Source: Styela clava (Eukaryota). Taken from it: DNA of 64,000 nt. Both the position numbers and the translations under genes were made by a program. Position 1 is the stretch's first letter. Each line of letters begins with the position of its first letter. The notes under the pieces are model-generated. The model worked only from the letters and a program-made list of their open reading frames with translations. It did no database searches and was not told the origin of the DNA. Location of the stretch: contig NC_135262.1 of assembly GCF_964204865.1 (NCBI RefSeq), forward strand, positions 7,998,001-8,062,000, given 5' to 3'. Of the stretch, positions 15,101-27,185 are shown one piece after another.

Positions 15101-18100
15101 TATTTAAAAAATAAATTTAGAAAAATAAATTCTAAAACTCCGTAAAGGGTGATAATGTCTTAAATAATTTCTGAATTTTCGAAAATATGGAAATATAACT
15201 TACAGAAATAGGGAAAAATATAAGCTGAAAATATGACTGTAATTATAAAATCATTTTCTAATCGTCCCAAAAGTAAACTCGCACTAATTACGGTTATTTA
15301 TTTACAATAGGTGTCTTTATGAGAAACATAATTTTTGTTTATTGCTCATAATATCGGGTATGTTTTATAAAACATTTGTTATAATATACCCGTATAATTT
15401 AGCGAATACAGCACCGCTTTCTAGAATACGCGAAAATAGTGACTATAATACGTTTCCCATGTTAGAAATATAAGTTTTGACCATATGTGATCAGGCACAT
15501 ATTATAAATATACTGCATTCTACAGAAGCGAATTATTTCTCGTCTTTACTCAACTAACTATTGATGAGTAGTTTTGTTATTTTGTTGTTTGAGATTTTGT
15601 TCTTATATTGACATGTTTTGAGAAAAAGACATGCTAATCAAATTTATCAAATAATTCAATGAAATTCTAGCGAGAAGTCAGAATTTTCTTGGTTAGAAAG
15701 CACTCAATAATCGGAAAGGACAGATTGTATTTTGGCAATGGCCTGAATAGACAACATACCAATGCTCAAATATAGGAATACGTCAAGTCAACTAGAAAAA
15801 TTTGCCATTTTTTCTCTCTAAGTTACCGAGAAAAAATCGGTAGGATTATTATCGGATCGGCATAGTAAATAAACATAAGATTTCAAAACTCAGTCTAAGC
15901 TAGGGTTTTGAGGTTCTACTAGCTAGATCGGCCATACACCAAACATGACATCTTGTTCACAATATATAGAAATTATGTCTGATTTTGTTACATCTATCAA
16001 AAGTTCAATCGAGTCATCCAAATTGAAATGTCTTTTTTTTTGAAAAACATATGCCATTAATCCTAACGCATACTTTTTGGTCTGCATTTCTCTTATTAAA
16101 CTGAAGGAATCTTAATCGAACCACATTTTATTGACCGTGGTTAAATACCCGCCCATATGGAGATACAATATTCTGGGTTTAAGCACAAGTAAATAAATAA
16201 ATAAATAACACAACTCTTCAAGCTTCATATAACTAATTAAAATAATTTTCATCGAGTAAAAATTCGAAATTTTGCATCGCACAATATTACCGATATGTAT
16301 CCATTATTTTGCCGTTTCGATCACGGCTGATATACTTTACTAATCGTTGCGACAGAAAAGTGGATGCAAAATGGCGGTGCTATAGTTTTACAAGCATACG
16401 CGTGATTTACGGCAAGTGACACCTGAAGATGCCATAAAATATCACTTTATTAATGTATATTAAAACGCACCTGTGACATTAGCTGAAGCTACGATTGAGT
16501 AAATGTTATCGCAAACAAATTTTATAGTTTAATTTACGTTCTACATGCTTTATACTAATTTTATTATTGTGTTAATAAAATGCCCTAAGCCAATACATAT
16601 TTGAATTTCTAATATAAATATTTATTATGTTAGCTTGAGTTGGTTTAACTATTTTAGAATCACACATCTTGGAATCAATTTCTCTTTTCCCATGCAAGCC
16701 ATCGATGAACTCCAGAATATAAATGCTAAACGAATGTTTAAAAATATAAAAACTAGTGTCGAACAATAACTATTCGAGTATTTGAACTAGTTCGCATAGT
16801 CTCAATGTCTCAAAGAATATCAAATCCCACCTGTCCGAGTTGAAACTGCATTTTCAATTATAAGTAACTGAAGGAGACATTAAAAAAAAAATTCCAAACT
16901 TTGTTTTGCAGTGCGAGTTATAATTTCAAATATCCTGATCACCAAATATTTTGGAGGATTACAGGCCCTAGGTTGTGTTTCTAGTTCCTTTATGTGATGT
17001 TTTAAATCTACGCTGCAAACAAGAATATATAAAAGCAAATAGTTAAATGTAAGAATCTGTGCTAGATTTTGAATATTTATTTTCGACCTTATACAGCCTA
17101 CTGCATTATTTACGTCGTAAAAAAGCGGGACATCAGATTTAGTTGTGAAATATTTTAACGGGGTTGAATGTATTTTTCAGTACCGCATCACAATGTGGGC
17201 GAAATAGTTCCTTCCTATTCGTGGCTTCCTATAACAACAAGAGGAAAACCTAGACGAGGAATGCTACGAAGAGCTGTCTTTTCTGACCATCAACGAAAAT
17301 CATTAGAAAAGAAATTTCAGCAGCAGAAATACATTAGTAAACCGGAAAGAAAGAAACTTGCAAATAAACTGGGTCTAAAAGATTCACAAGTACGTTTATT
17401 TACAAAATGTATAAAGATTTATGACTTCATAAATGATTGATTGCGTGTTTCCGAAATATTATAATAACCACTTTCTGATACTGAAGCGTATTGTTGTTGT
17501 GCGATCATACGATATTGGAAACTAATTCCAGAATTACGATAGTTCCAGTTTCACCATATTGCCCAGACAAAGAAAAGTATCGCCCTGTATGTAAATTGTT
17601 TCTTTATCGCATTCAACAACGACGCAAAATCCAGAAAAATCCAGTATTTAGGGATATGGAACTTACACGATTTTATTTTTTGAAAATATTTTTAATAAAA
17701 CTAATAGAATACGCAGATTATTAGTCAATAAAATATCTTTAAATTCAAAACTTCGAATAACTTAAATATAGTATAAATGTTTTGTGAAGTAGAAGATCAA
17801 TCGCAGATTTGTTCCTATACTCAATCCTAACACGGTAATTTGTTTGTTTCCATTAGAAACATAATATCTCGAATGAACTGGAATGAGACCATAATTTTAC
17901 CTCCACATAAAACAGGATTTTGTTATTTGAGGCGGTTTTGAGACGGTTTCGGTCTCCTACAACAGGAGACTTAGAAAACATAGATACCTCAACATCTCTA
18001 CTTTATACATCCATTCAGAACTCAATATTTAACAATTTATAGGTTAAAATCTGGTTCCAAAACCGAAGAATGAAATGGAGAAACACAAAAGAGCGGGAAC

Positions 18101-18387
18101 TCCTCGCAAGTGGTGATGGAAACCGCAATTCAACTATTCCTCATAAAGACAATCCGAATCCCGATCTTACAAACACGAAAATCGAAACAGTAAGGGTACA
18201 CACTTCTATTGTGGACGACAACGAAAAATCAATGTCTACTGCTGGTGAATCAGTGTGCCATTTATCCAAGCCTCTAGTAAATGGTGTGAACCCGGAAGTG
18301 GCACCCAACTATGACGAACCGGAAACGTCAACTTCTAGTAGTTTTCTAAAATTCTGTCAACGATATGAAGGAAATCCAATCCCGTAG
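9107..18387 (+). CDS. Dbx: Developing brain homeobox protein (Dbx), 4 coding exons: 9107-9788, 12759-12884, 17181-17389, 18043-18387 (~453 aa)
   Basis: GT-AG junctions with consistent phases (1,1,0). Contains the eh1 motif FLKFGVRAIL and the homeodomain region RGKPRRGMLRRAVFSDHQRKSLEKKFQQQKYISKPERKKLANKLGLKDSQ|VKIWFQNRRMKWRNTKERELL, which is diagnostic for the Dbx family. Confidence 0.93.
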
Positions 18388-20307
18388 ATAACTTAAAAAT
18401 AAAACCGAGCACAAAAGACAGAGCCAACGTTGGCAGTGGGCGAAGGTAAACTTGAACTTAAAGCCAAGCAACCAGATGCTGAATCAACATTGGTATTCTG
18501 ATATGCGTGTTGTAAAAATCATAGAAAACTTACTATATCAATCATTACACCACTGTAACGCCACCAACATCTTAAATTAGGATATGTGTTAAGAGTTGGA
18601 TTTGACTTTTAAAGTTGACGAATGTTATTTTTATACATAAAAATATATTTTGACTTATTTTGTATATTTTCTGCTACTTGTGCTCACAATATAATTGAGT
18701 TATTTTTCGCCTAAAATTGGAGTTTCCTGTAAAAAAATTACAAAAAACCTTGGCAAATGATCGTGTACATACAAATCATCCAGTTAGTTGGTTCATATTC
18801 ACAAAATCTGCTTTCGTTGGTCAATATAAAAAGTTTCGAAGTTCGTTAATGAGAAAACAAACGCTGCTCATGTAGCGCGCTGTGTGACAACAATGGAATT
18901 TTGATGATAAAATAATGCCACAGTCAAATTTCAGTAAATGTGTCGCGCTTTTGATATAGGGAGATTGGTTGTACTATAAACCATTACAATGCTGCTTTAC
19001 ATTGCTTTTTTATATGATGTAGTGATAAGAAAATGTCCATGTAGAGCATTATTTCTACAATACTTCCGAACTTTGAACTCTTGAAACGAGGACCACGAGT
19101 ATCGAATATGTTCCTAATTTAAGTCTACATTCTATTGTATATATCTTGTTATTTAGAATTGTCGATGCAAAAATTAAATTTTGTAATAAGTGTCTTTAAA
19201 CTACTACCGGGAAGTTGAAAAATTTTAGGTAAATGGTAAAAAATTTAGAATAATTGATTTTTGTTACAAAGAAAACTGTAAAATATGACAATTGATTTCT
19301 GTTGATGGATGCAGTGAATTATAGTTACACAAATAAAAATAAACTAGACCCTTTATTCTTTTATAGAGAAAAATACATGCGCTATATGATGCTCATGTCA
19401 TATGTGTAATACTTTTGGTTCAGCCTTTATCTACATGAGGAACGATACCAAAATGAACAGATTATCGCTTTAAATGAAAGGCTTATATGAGTTTTTTCAA
19501 AAGTTCGTTTCCATCTTCATAACCATCATTCTGATCCAAAATGATAAAACATCTTTCATTTGAAAGTACAGTACTAATAACAAATTTTAGCTTAGTCTAT
19601 CCCAACTTTTTATGAGCTGGTTTTCGATTATTGCTACTGAACCAACAGTTATAGGAAGGCAGTACGACAATTATATGATTTATTCCCAAATTGAGGGGAC
19701 ACAACTAAAAACTAACAAATTGGTGGAAAAACCACAAAACAAAAATGAGCTTAGATTTACAATCATATCAGAACACTTGACTGAACGGCCGCTAATCTTC
19801 CAATAATTACACCACCTATGACATCTTGCGGATTACCCAACGTTACCGAAGTAACCAAGGAAGTCGATGCCCTGAGGAACATCCATTATTGTAGCCTACA
19901 TGGAAGTTAAAAATATATAAAAACATCATTTGTAATATACACCTCTGTCAATTTGAGGCGACATCAAAAGAAATGTTCTACGAGAACACATTGATTGACT
20001 TCTGCTGCACAATTACCATGTATGTAGGAAATTAGGTGTAGAAATGTTCTCTTCATTTGTGCAAGAAGCATGAGTGAATGGTTAGGATGTTGGAACGGTA
20101 GAGCAACAGGGATGACAGTATTGTCAAATTGGTAAATCCTAGACAAATAATCGTCGAGTCACTGTCATAGAATTGCGACTGTCACTGTCTTCTGAAACGT
20201 GAAAGATGCCGAAGTAGAAGAAAATTGACGGTTTCAACGTCAATTTCTCCGTTGGTGAGCTCTTCGATTCGAAGCAGCATTGAAGTGATTATATATATAA
20301 CTGGTTA

Positions 20308-21450
20308 ATGGCTGTTGCTGTTAGTCATGGGCCCTCGTATGCATATTACTGAGAATTGTTCTGTTTTTTTTTTATTATTAATATAAAGCAGATTTAATCT
20401 GATGAAAATATATAACATAAAACACTGCCAGAGAGGTTGGAAATGGCAGAAGAGATTTTTAAAAATCGGCCACTATTTTACCAATCAAAATGAAGAAAAT
20501 TCTGACTACCAGCAAAAAGCGAAACGTAAAAAGATAATCTACAATTGTGAGGTATGTGGCAAGGAATCTCAGAATAACATCATTATTTCCGACATCAACA
20601 GGTCCATTCAATTGAATAGCACATAAATGCGAATTGTGTTCGAGAAGTTTTTCAACTAAAGATAGTCTACAAGTACAAGCACACATATATTGACATACTG
20701 GACAGTTGCCACATAAGTGTGTTCACTGTGACAGGGGTTTTCGAAGCAAGTCAAGCCTAACGGCACACGTTAGGGTGCACATTGGCCATAAACCTCACAT
20801 CTGTAATATATGTGGGAAAGATTTTATACCCGTGCCGACCTAAGAAAACATCTACGAAGTGACACACATTAAATCATATAAATGTGAAGAATGTGGGAAG
20901 TGCTTTGTTGATAAGGGGGGTTTGTGTAAGCATGTTGTCATTCGTCTTAAAGAAACAGAATTTAAATGTGATGAATGTGGCGAAGATATGGAAAACAAAC
21001 AAAAAAAAACACTGAAGGAGCATATGCAACCCATGCAAAGGAAAAGCTATTTTCCTGCACAATTTGCTCTGCTTTATTTGTCAGAAAAAAGGTTCGAAAA
21101 ACTATCTGATATGTCATTCAAACAAAAGACCATTTCCATGTGTATGTATGTGAAATTCAAGAGCTCATTAAAAGGCCATTTTTAAACTCATCTGAAACTG
21201 CATATTAAATCCATGCATACAGTGATTCGTGAATTTGAATGCACAGTTTGTGGTAGAAAAGTTCTACATCCCATATCACTTCGCAGCCATATGAAAACGC
21301 ATTGTGATAATAGGCCATTTTATTTTGAGATATGCGGGAAATCATTTCAAGAATAAACATCTTTAAAAATACATCGACGTATACACATGAGTGAAAAACC
21401 CTTTTCGTGTGAAACATGTGGAAAACGATTCAGTCAAAAAGGGGGTCTGG
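20308..21450 (+). pseudogene. Decayed multi-C2H2 zinc-finger gene (~11 fingers), with frameshifts and stops
   Basis: Finger motifs are scattered over three frames ([69 protein letters not shown]). A small first exon 20308-20336 (donor gtatgc) splices in frame through an AAGCAG acceptor to the 20402 ORF. Confidence 0.8.
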
Positions 21451-21915
21451 TGATTTTAATTGTGTTGATCGCAATTGCTGTTTATAAGTGTAGAGTGATA
21501 TTTCGAAAAATCTACCGGAAGTGGAATCATAAAATATGTTTGTCGTCATTTGGTGTGTCTTGTCGCATTGTTGGTTTTGTGTTGATTTTTAGTAATAGTG
21601 TCGAACGGGTTCAGTAACCGACAGTACCACGAGGAAGCAGCTGATGACACAGTTTAATTATACGGTCGAGCATGGACAGTCGTCAATTCATTTCAAAGAA
21701 GGGCACGCGATACCTAGGCAGTTGTCTTTGAATTGAGCGAAGTCAGGGAACGGAAAGCGCAATAAACGTGCTGTCACGCGAAGCTCTACCTCACAGCGAG
21801 GGAGATCTTTTATTACCCTCTCCCGGAGATTCTGATAGTAGTTAGCGAAGTCCTGGCGGTACCACAATTACCGTGAGTTCTTCCGACTCTTTGCAAGGTT
21901 AGATAAATTACGTAT

Positions 21916-22340
21916 GGGATAGGATTTACATATATATCGCGGGGTGAGCAAAGGCGATGCGATGGCTTAATTGGTGACCGTACATTTAAACCCACGTACA
22001 TTTGAACCCATACATTTGGACCTGTATATCCGCGGTTCAATCTACATGAGGGTGCTAAAATCCATGGGTTAAGGTTAGCATGGGTTCAAATACCCGTAAG
22101 AAAAAAATTCCATAGGTGCAATTGTCGTGCGTTCAAATTACGGGTTCAAATGTACGTGGGTTCAAATGTAATGAAACCGGCTTAATTATATGGCGAACTG
22201 CGGCCTCTCGTCCGGATACCAATACATGTCGGGTTATGGTATTAATCAGCCAAAACAGTTATTTGTTTTCAGATGCACGGACTTAAGGGTGTAGGAAGCC
22301 GTAACCGGCCAGCGGTTATGTGAACCACCCTACACGCCGA
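21916..22340 (-). mobile_element. 5'-truncated tRNA-SINE copy interrupted by a MITE
   Basis: ggataggatttacatat tail and the gcggttatgtgaaccacc core match the 52351-52693 copy. The copy is split at ggcttaatt. Confidence 0.8.
21973..22178. mobile_element. 206-bp MITE with 9-bp TSD (MULE/Foldback-like), nested in a SINE
   Basis: Exact TSD GGCTTAATT at 21964-21972 and 22179-22187. TIRs of ~37 bp are built from tandem TACATTTGAACCCACG units. Confidence 0.85.
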
Positions 22341-22668
22341 GTCACATGGACTACTTTCGATTGCTTTTGATGCACAAGTGAAGTCACAAAGAAGGAGATT
22401 TCGTTGTTTATATAATATCGAAGCGAGGCAGCAATATTTAAATATTCATGTTGTGATATCGGCGTGTTTGTAATAATAACATTATAGGTATAAACATATA
22501 TATATTTCAAATAGGCAGGATAAAAATTAAAACGATTAATTTTAGAGTCAAATGTTTAAGTGTTTCACTGTTTATCAAATGTTTAAGTATTTCACGAATA
22601 AAATTTTCTTGACATAAATATTTATGGTTTTTTAAACACATTGAAAATTGAGAAAATCATTAGATTCA

Positions 22669-24839
22669 CTACCTAAACATACAAATAGGTGGCAGGACGT
22701 ACTTGTATCTTAAAGTATAATAATTAGGTACTTTCGTATTTTCGGGTCGTAACATTTCGCTTGTGTGAGAAACAAAACTTGTGTGGGGCCGGGAGCTTGA
22801 TCTCGAATATCCAATCGGTACCTGAGTTACAAGTTTATTATCGTACATAAAAGTTTTGTATTCCTCTGCTTCTTCGATAAGTAAAGATTTAGATAAAGTA
22901 GGTTTGACGACTTCATGGCGTCTATTTTTATTTTGAGATATTGATACTCTTGTTAGAGGTGTCTGTACTCTCTTTTCCCCAATTGGTGCGCTTGTTACAT
23001 TTCGATGTCCTTCCATAGCTTTACTCTCATTTTCTAAATTGAAAGATGTTAAATAACATAAAAACACTTCCACAATTTTGTAAAGCAATGAAACGTATTT
23101 TGTTGCATTTCTTGCATTTTCGCTATCGGTGGAAGATCTTATATTCGCGCCTCTTGTCCAAGCTACCAATTTATGGATATTACAATCAGTTTCATATACT
23201 TTACGACAGGAGTCGGCAACCTTTTGTCGCTCACGGGCCAGAATCAAGGGTTACAAGTCATTGTCGGGCCGCACATATTTTTAAAAAGTTGAAAACCCAC
23301 GGGTGATACTTTTTACAATAAAAATAAAGCAGTGATAAATCTCACGAATAGAATATAGATTTATTTTCTCATTGCAATGCATCTCAAAAAATTCCACTTG
23401 AATATTTCCGGCGCCATTGAACCATTTGCACTTAGTATCAACTTTTCTGCGTTTTGGTACCATTTGTGCAATTATAATTAAATTATACGCTCATTAAACG
23501 AGTAATTGTGAATTATATACTTGTTAGGTTGTAATATAATCTAGTCTACACGTGTCTCACAATAAATTATGTTACGTAATGAATATAATCGTCAAAACAG
23601 CTGTTTTATTACTATACTTCAGTAAAGCATCGCGGACCGGGTTATATTACTCCGCGGGCCGGATCCGGCCCGCGGGCCGTAGGTTGTCGACCCCTGCTTG
23701 ACGACGTCGCCCTATGGTACAACGACGTAGAGGTCTTTCAGTTTGCAAAATAATATTTTAGAAATGCCAATATAAATACACGTTGCCAAAGTTCAAACGC
23801 TCGACGCTCTTTTTTGTTTAAAAATCTAAATATATATAGAAGTTTAATTTATGTTGACTTGAATGTCCACTGTCGGTGGCACAGGCCACCCAGTCACGTT
23901 TGATTGTCGTCAACGGACTGTCGTGTAGTTACTAGTCCATGTCTTTATGGGATCAGTTAATCAAATATACGACACATATTTTATCAACGAGTGTTTCACG
24001 GCCAATTATAGTATATATACAATACAATATATATAGTATATATATTGATTTGAATTAAAGGTTACCTGATGCATCAAAAAATATTCGGTTCATGTTCGAA
24101 CAGAATAATATATAATGAACTAGTAAAATAAAATTTTGTACACTTGCCATTTTCATTTCCGTTTTCTACTTTTCTCTTTTTCGCTTTTCTTCCAAGGAAG
24201 TGTTTCAGTAAGACAGGCCTTTCTCCCATTATCATGCCATACATGACGCAACATGTAGGTCTTGTTTCAGGTACAGTCTAGGAATGAAATTAGTTTAGGT
24301 ATTTCATAGAGAATTTGGATTTTTGTGCGCTTTTATATCAGTATTTTAAGTGACACCGATGCTGCAAACACATACAAAGTCGCTTACCTTAGGACGACTT
24401 TGAATATTTCTCATTCTGGCAGGGTTTGATCGATACGTTCGCCCAGTAGTTTGCCTCATATTCATCGCCCAATCGTACGCGTTGGTACTTGCCGTATTGT
24501 GATAATTAAATTGTCTGAAAGACAATATTTTAGAACAAATTACGGAGATAAGAATGAAAATATTACTTTTAATAGGGCATTTACTAAGAACGGTCAGCAA
24601 AACTGAGAATAGGCTACATGGTTCGCCATAAGAATAAACGGCGTGATCCACTTTGTGAATTGAATACGGTTATATTTATACCAACAAACAAACCTTTCAA
24701 AATCATTTTCTATCTTCAATTGGATTTTCTTCAACTTATTATCTTCGAGCCGATTCACTCTCAACGCGCTTTGATAAAACACAGAATCAAGCAGTGAAGT
24801 TGTCGGTTCTTTCTGCTTTTGTTGAATTCTGGTGCTCAT
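22669..24839 (-). pseudogene. Cryptic multi-exon orphan gene or pseudogene, interrupted by a hAT MITE
   Basis: Exon-like blocks with splice signals: 24839 gccATG MSTRIQQKQK...; ctttcag/QFNYHN..SRPK/gtaagc (~24514-24388); cctag/TVPETRP..KAKKRKVENG; ERPLRRCTIGRRR|MITE|KVYETDCN; tttag/ENESKAM...YVLPPICMFR*. Not all phases reconcile, and no homolog was recognised. Confidence 0.4.
23207..23696. mobile_element. Non-autonomous hAT (Buster/Charlie-type) MITE
   Basis: TIRs CAGGAGTCGGCAACCT / AGGTTGTCGACCCCTG, TSD ctttacga / cttgacga (7 of 8 match), and subterminal ggcccgcgggcc palindromes. Confidence 0.85.
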
Positions 24840-24845
24840 GGCAAC
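24832..24845 (-). promoter_or_regulatory. RFX X-box-like motif overlapping the start codon of the orphan gene
   Basis: GTTGCCATGAGCAC, compared with the canonical X-box GTTGCCATGGCAAC. Confidence 0.35.
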
Positions 24846-27185
24846 TGTACGGTAATTTTTAACAGTCAGCCTATAATGCTATTCTAGTAATTTTATTTTC
24901 CTAACAAAATAATACCCTTAGTAAAAATAAGCTTAACTTCAAACTGCTAGCCATTTTAAATGGGTGAACCGATAATAAACTAGTTTAGTCTAGCGGCCTA
25001 AATAAAGATCAATTGTTAGAAGAATAAAGCAAACAATACGCCAATTCATAAGCACGGCTATCCTAAGCTTTCGACAACTTTATACGTGATTAGATACACA
25101 CGTTCAGCAATCATAATATCCACTTCACATTGTTTGGTCTAACTCGGAATCTATGCTATATTGAATTCGTTATCGGGCTTGAATAGAAGGCTACATCGCT
25201 TAGTTTGGCTTCTAATCGCGTTGTCAGTAGAGCTTATTTGCAGTCTATTAGTTACAACGGGTGTCGTGTGCTGTTCAATGTTTCGCATGGTATAAGTTAC
25301 ATTAAATTAAGACAGAACCCTCTTATAAGTTAGGCTTTCCGGCGTGTATTTATATTCATTTTGGACGAAATGATAAAGCCGCTGTTCCGGTATATACTGG
25401 GACATGATGTATGATATCCTGCCTGAAATTATTAGTCTAATCCTGTCCACTGATGTAGTCTGTTTTAGTGGGTATGTTGCAGGATCCCAAGAGAGCGTTG
25501 ATCTCACTCAAATTCGATCGCGATAGTACCTCATACAACTTAGTTTAAATGGTTGGCATCTTTCTTGTCTATGAAGTCTTGGTAAATGATTCTTCGTGTT
25601 TACTATGTAACAATACGCTGAACTGTTTCGTTCAGTCTTTTATTTACAATGGAACCATATCGCTTGACAATTGTTATTTATGTATCATTGGAGACTAATT
25701 AGGTGATATAACAATACAATGGTATTTAAAAGGAAACTATATTTAAATAGTGATATTTGCTACAACCCGATAAAAGGCACCTTTCACAAGTATAGATGCA
25801 ATATATGAAAGTTTTATTCCCCATGTACAAAATACCCTTTTGGTTGGCATTTTAACGTTCGCCTATAACATTTGCTCGCATTGGCCTAGAGACAAATCAA
25901 AATAATGCAGGCGCCTATCAAGGCAATACAAAGCTGAAGTATCCTTATAATTTTGTTGCGTTCACCCCGACGAAGAACGACTCAATCATATAGAGAAGCC
26001 CCTAATTTTGTTACTAGATCAAACTAGCCAAATATTCTAAACCAAGTTATCTTTCCTGATGGGTGGACATAGCATTCGGATAACACTAAAGGTAAAACAC
26101 CAAGATATCCACCAATTGGCGTTGAAGCCTTATTACTCCACAGAAAAGCCACGATAAAAATAAAATTTTGTCTGAACCACAAATATTCCTGGGTAAAATC
26201 TGTACGTGGTTTTAAAGACAAGGAAATTGAAATTTCAAATGGAATTCTTGATACCAATACTTCCGATTTGTGAAACAACTCTTCGAAAAATAATATCATA
26301 AGACACAATTCATCATTCGATATTAGTTCTCAGGAAATAAGCATCGGTATACCCCACTTTAATCAATAATGAAAGCCTCACAACATCATGCAATTTTTAT
26401 TTTTAAAAACCAAATTGACAAACACGATTGAATCATTGCATGTATAAAGTAAACGTGCCACATTCCAATCCCACAGACACCATATTCCCAATATGTGTGC
26501 GCATACAGGACAACACAAATATAAGTGATAAAATAAGCACAGTGGTACAACAACGATACACTCTTACAACAGAGCTTGAAGATTATATTTAACATATATT
26601 TCGAAATACTGAATTTTATTTGCCAACTCTCATTTCAATTACAGCATATATAAGGAGAACTAAAAGAAAAATCGCAATATAGTTTATACAGCATCTCTGA
26701 CACTCAGTTAATAGGCTCCACACCATAGAAGTCACTTCTCCAGAGACTTAGAAAGATTTATTATTAGTTGTCATCCAAAAAAAGTACATTTGTGAGTTGT
26801 GACTAAACGGGTTATTATTATTACATGAATTCTGATGTGGACTGAGAGACAGCAATACGACCTGACTGAATCTTGAAGTCATCTGCCGGGCTGTTAGAAT
26901 TTAATAACCTATAAAGAAAAGCCTGAAAATATCAGACATTCAGTATATGATAATGTTACAAATACTAATTCTGGAAGGTATCAAACTACTTAAAATATTG
27001 GCACTGCATCGAGAATAGTCTGTACCTTAGAGTATATAAAAAGTAAAAAGGACACTTCAAATTTTATACGTAAAAATAGCAAGAAAGAAAACGCAACAAA
27101 TCATCTACATGGCAATGCAATATGGAACATTATATGGCTTCACCATTCGCCACTCACAAAGGCACACATGATCGCACCCTATGTT

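Noticed and set aside
21973-22178. CRISPR-like repeated units
   Set aside because: Eukaryotic DNA; the units are inverted subterminal repeats of a MITE with a TSD and no unique spacers.
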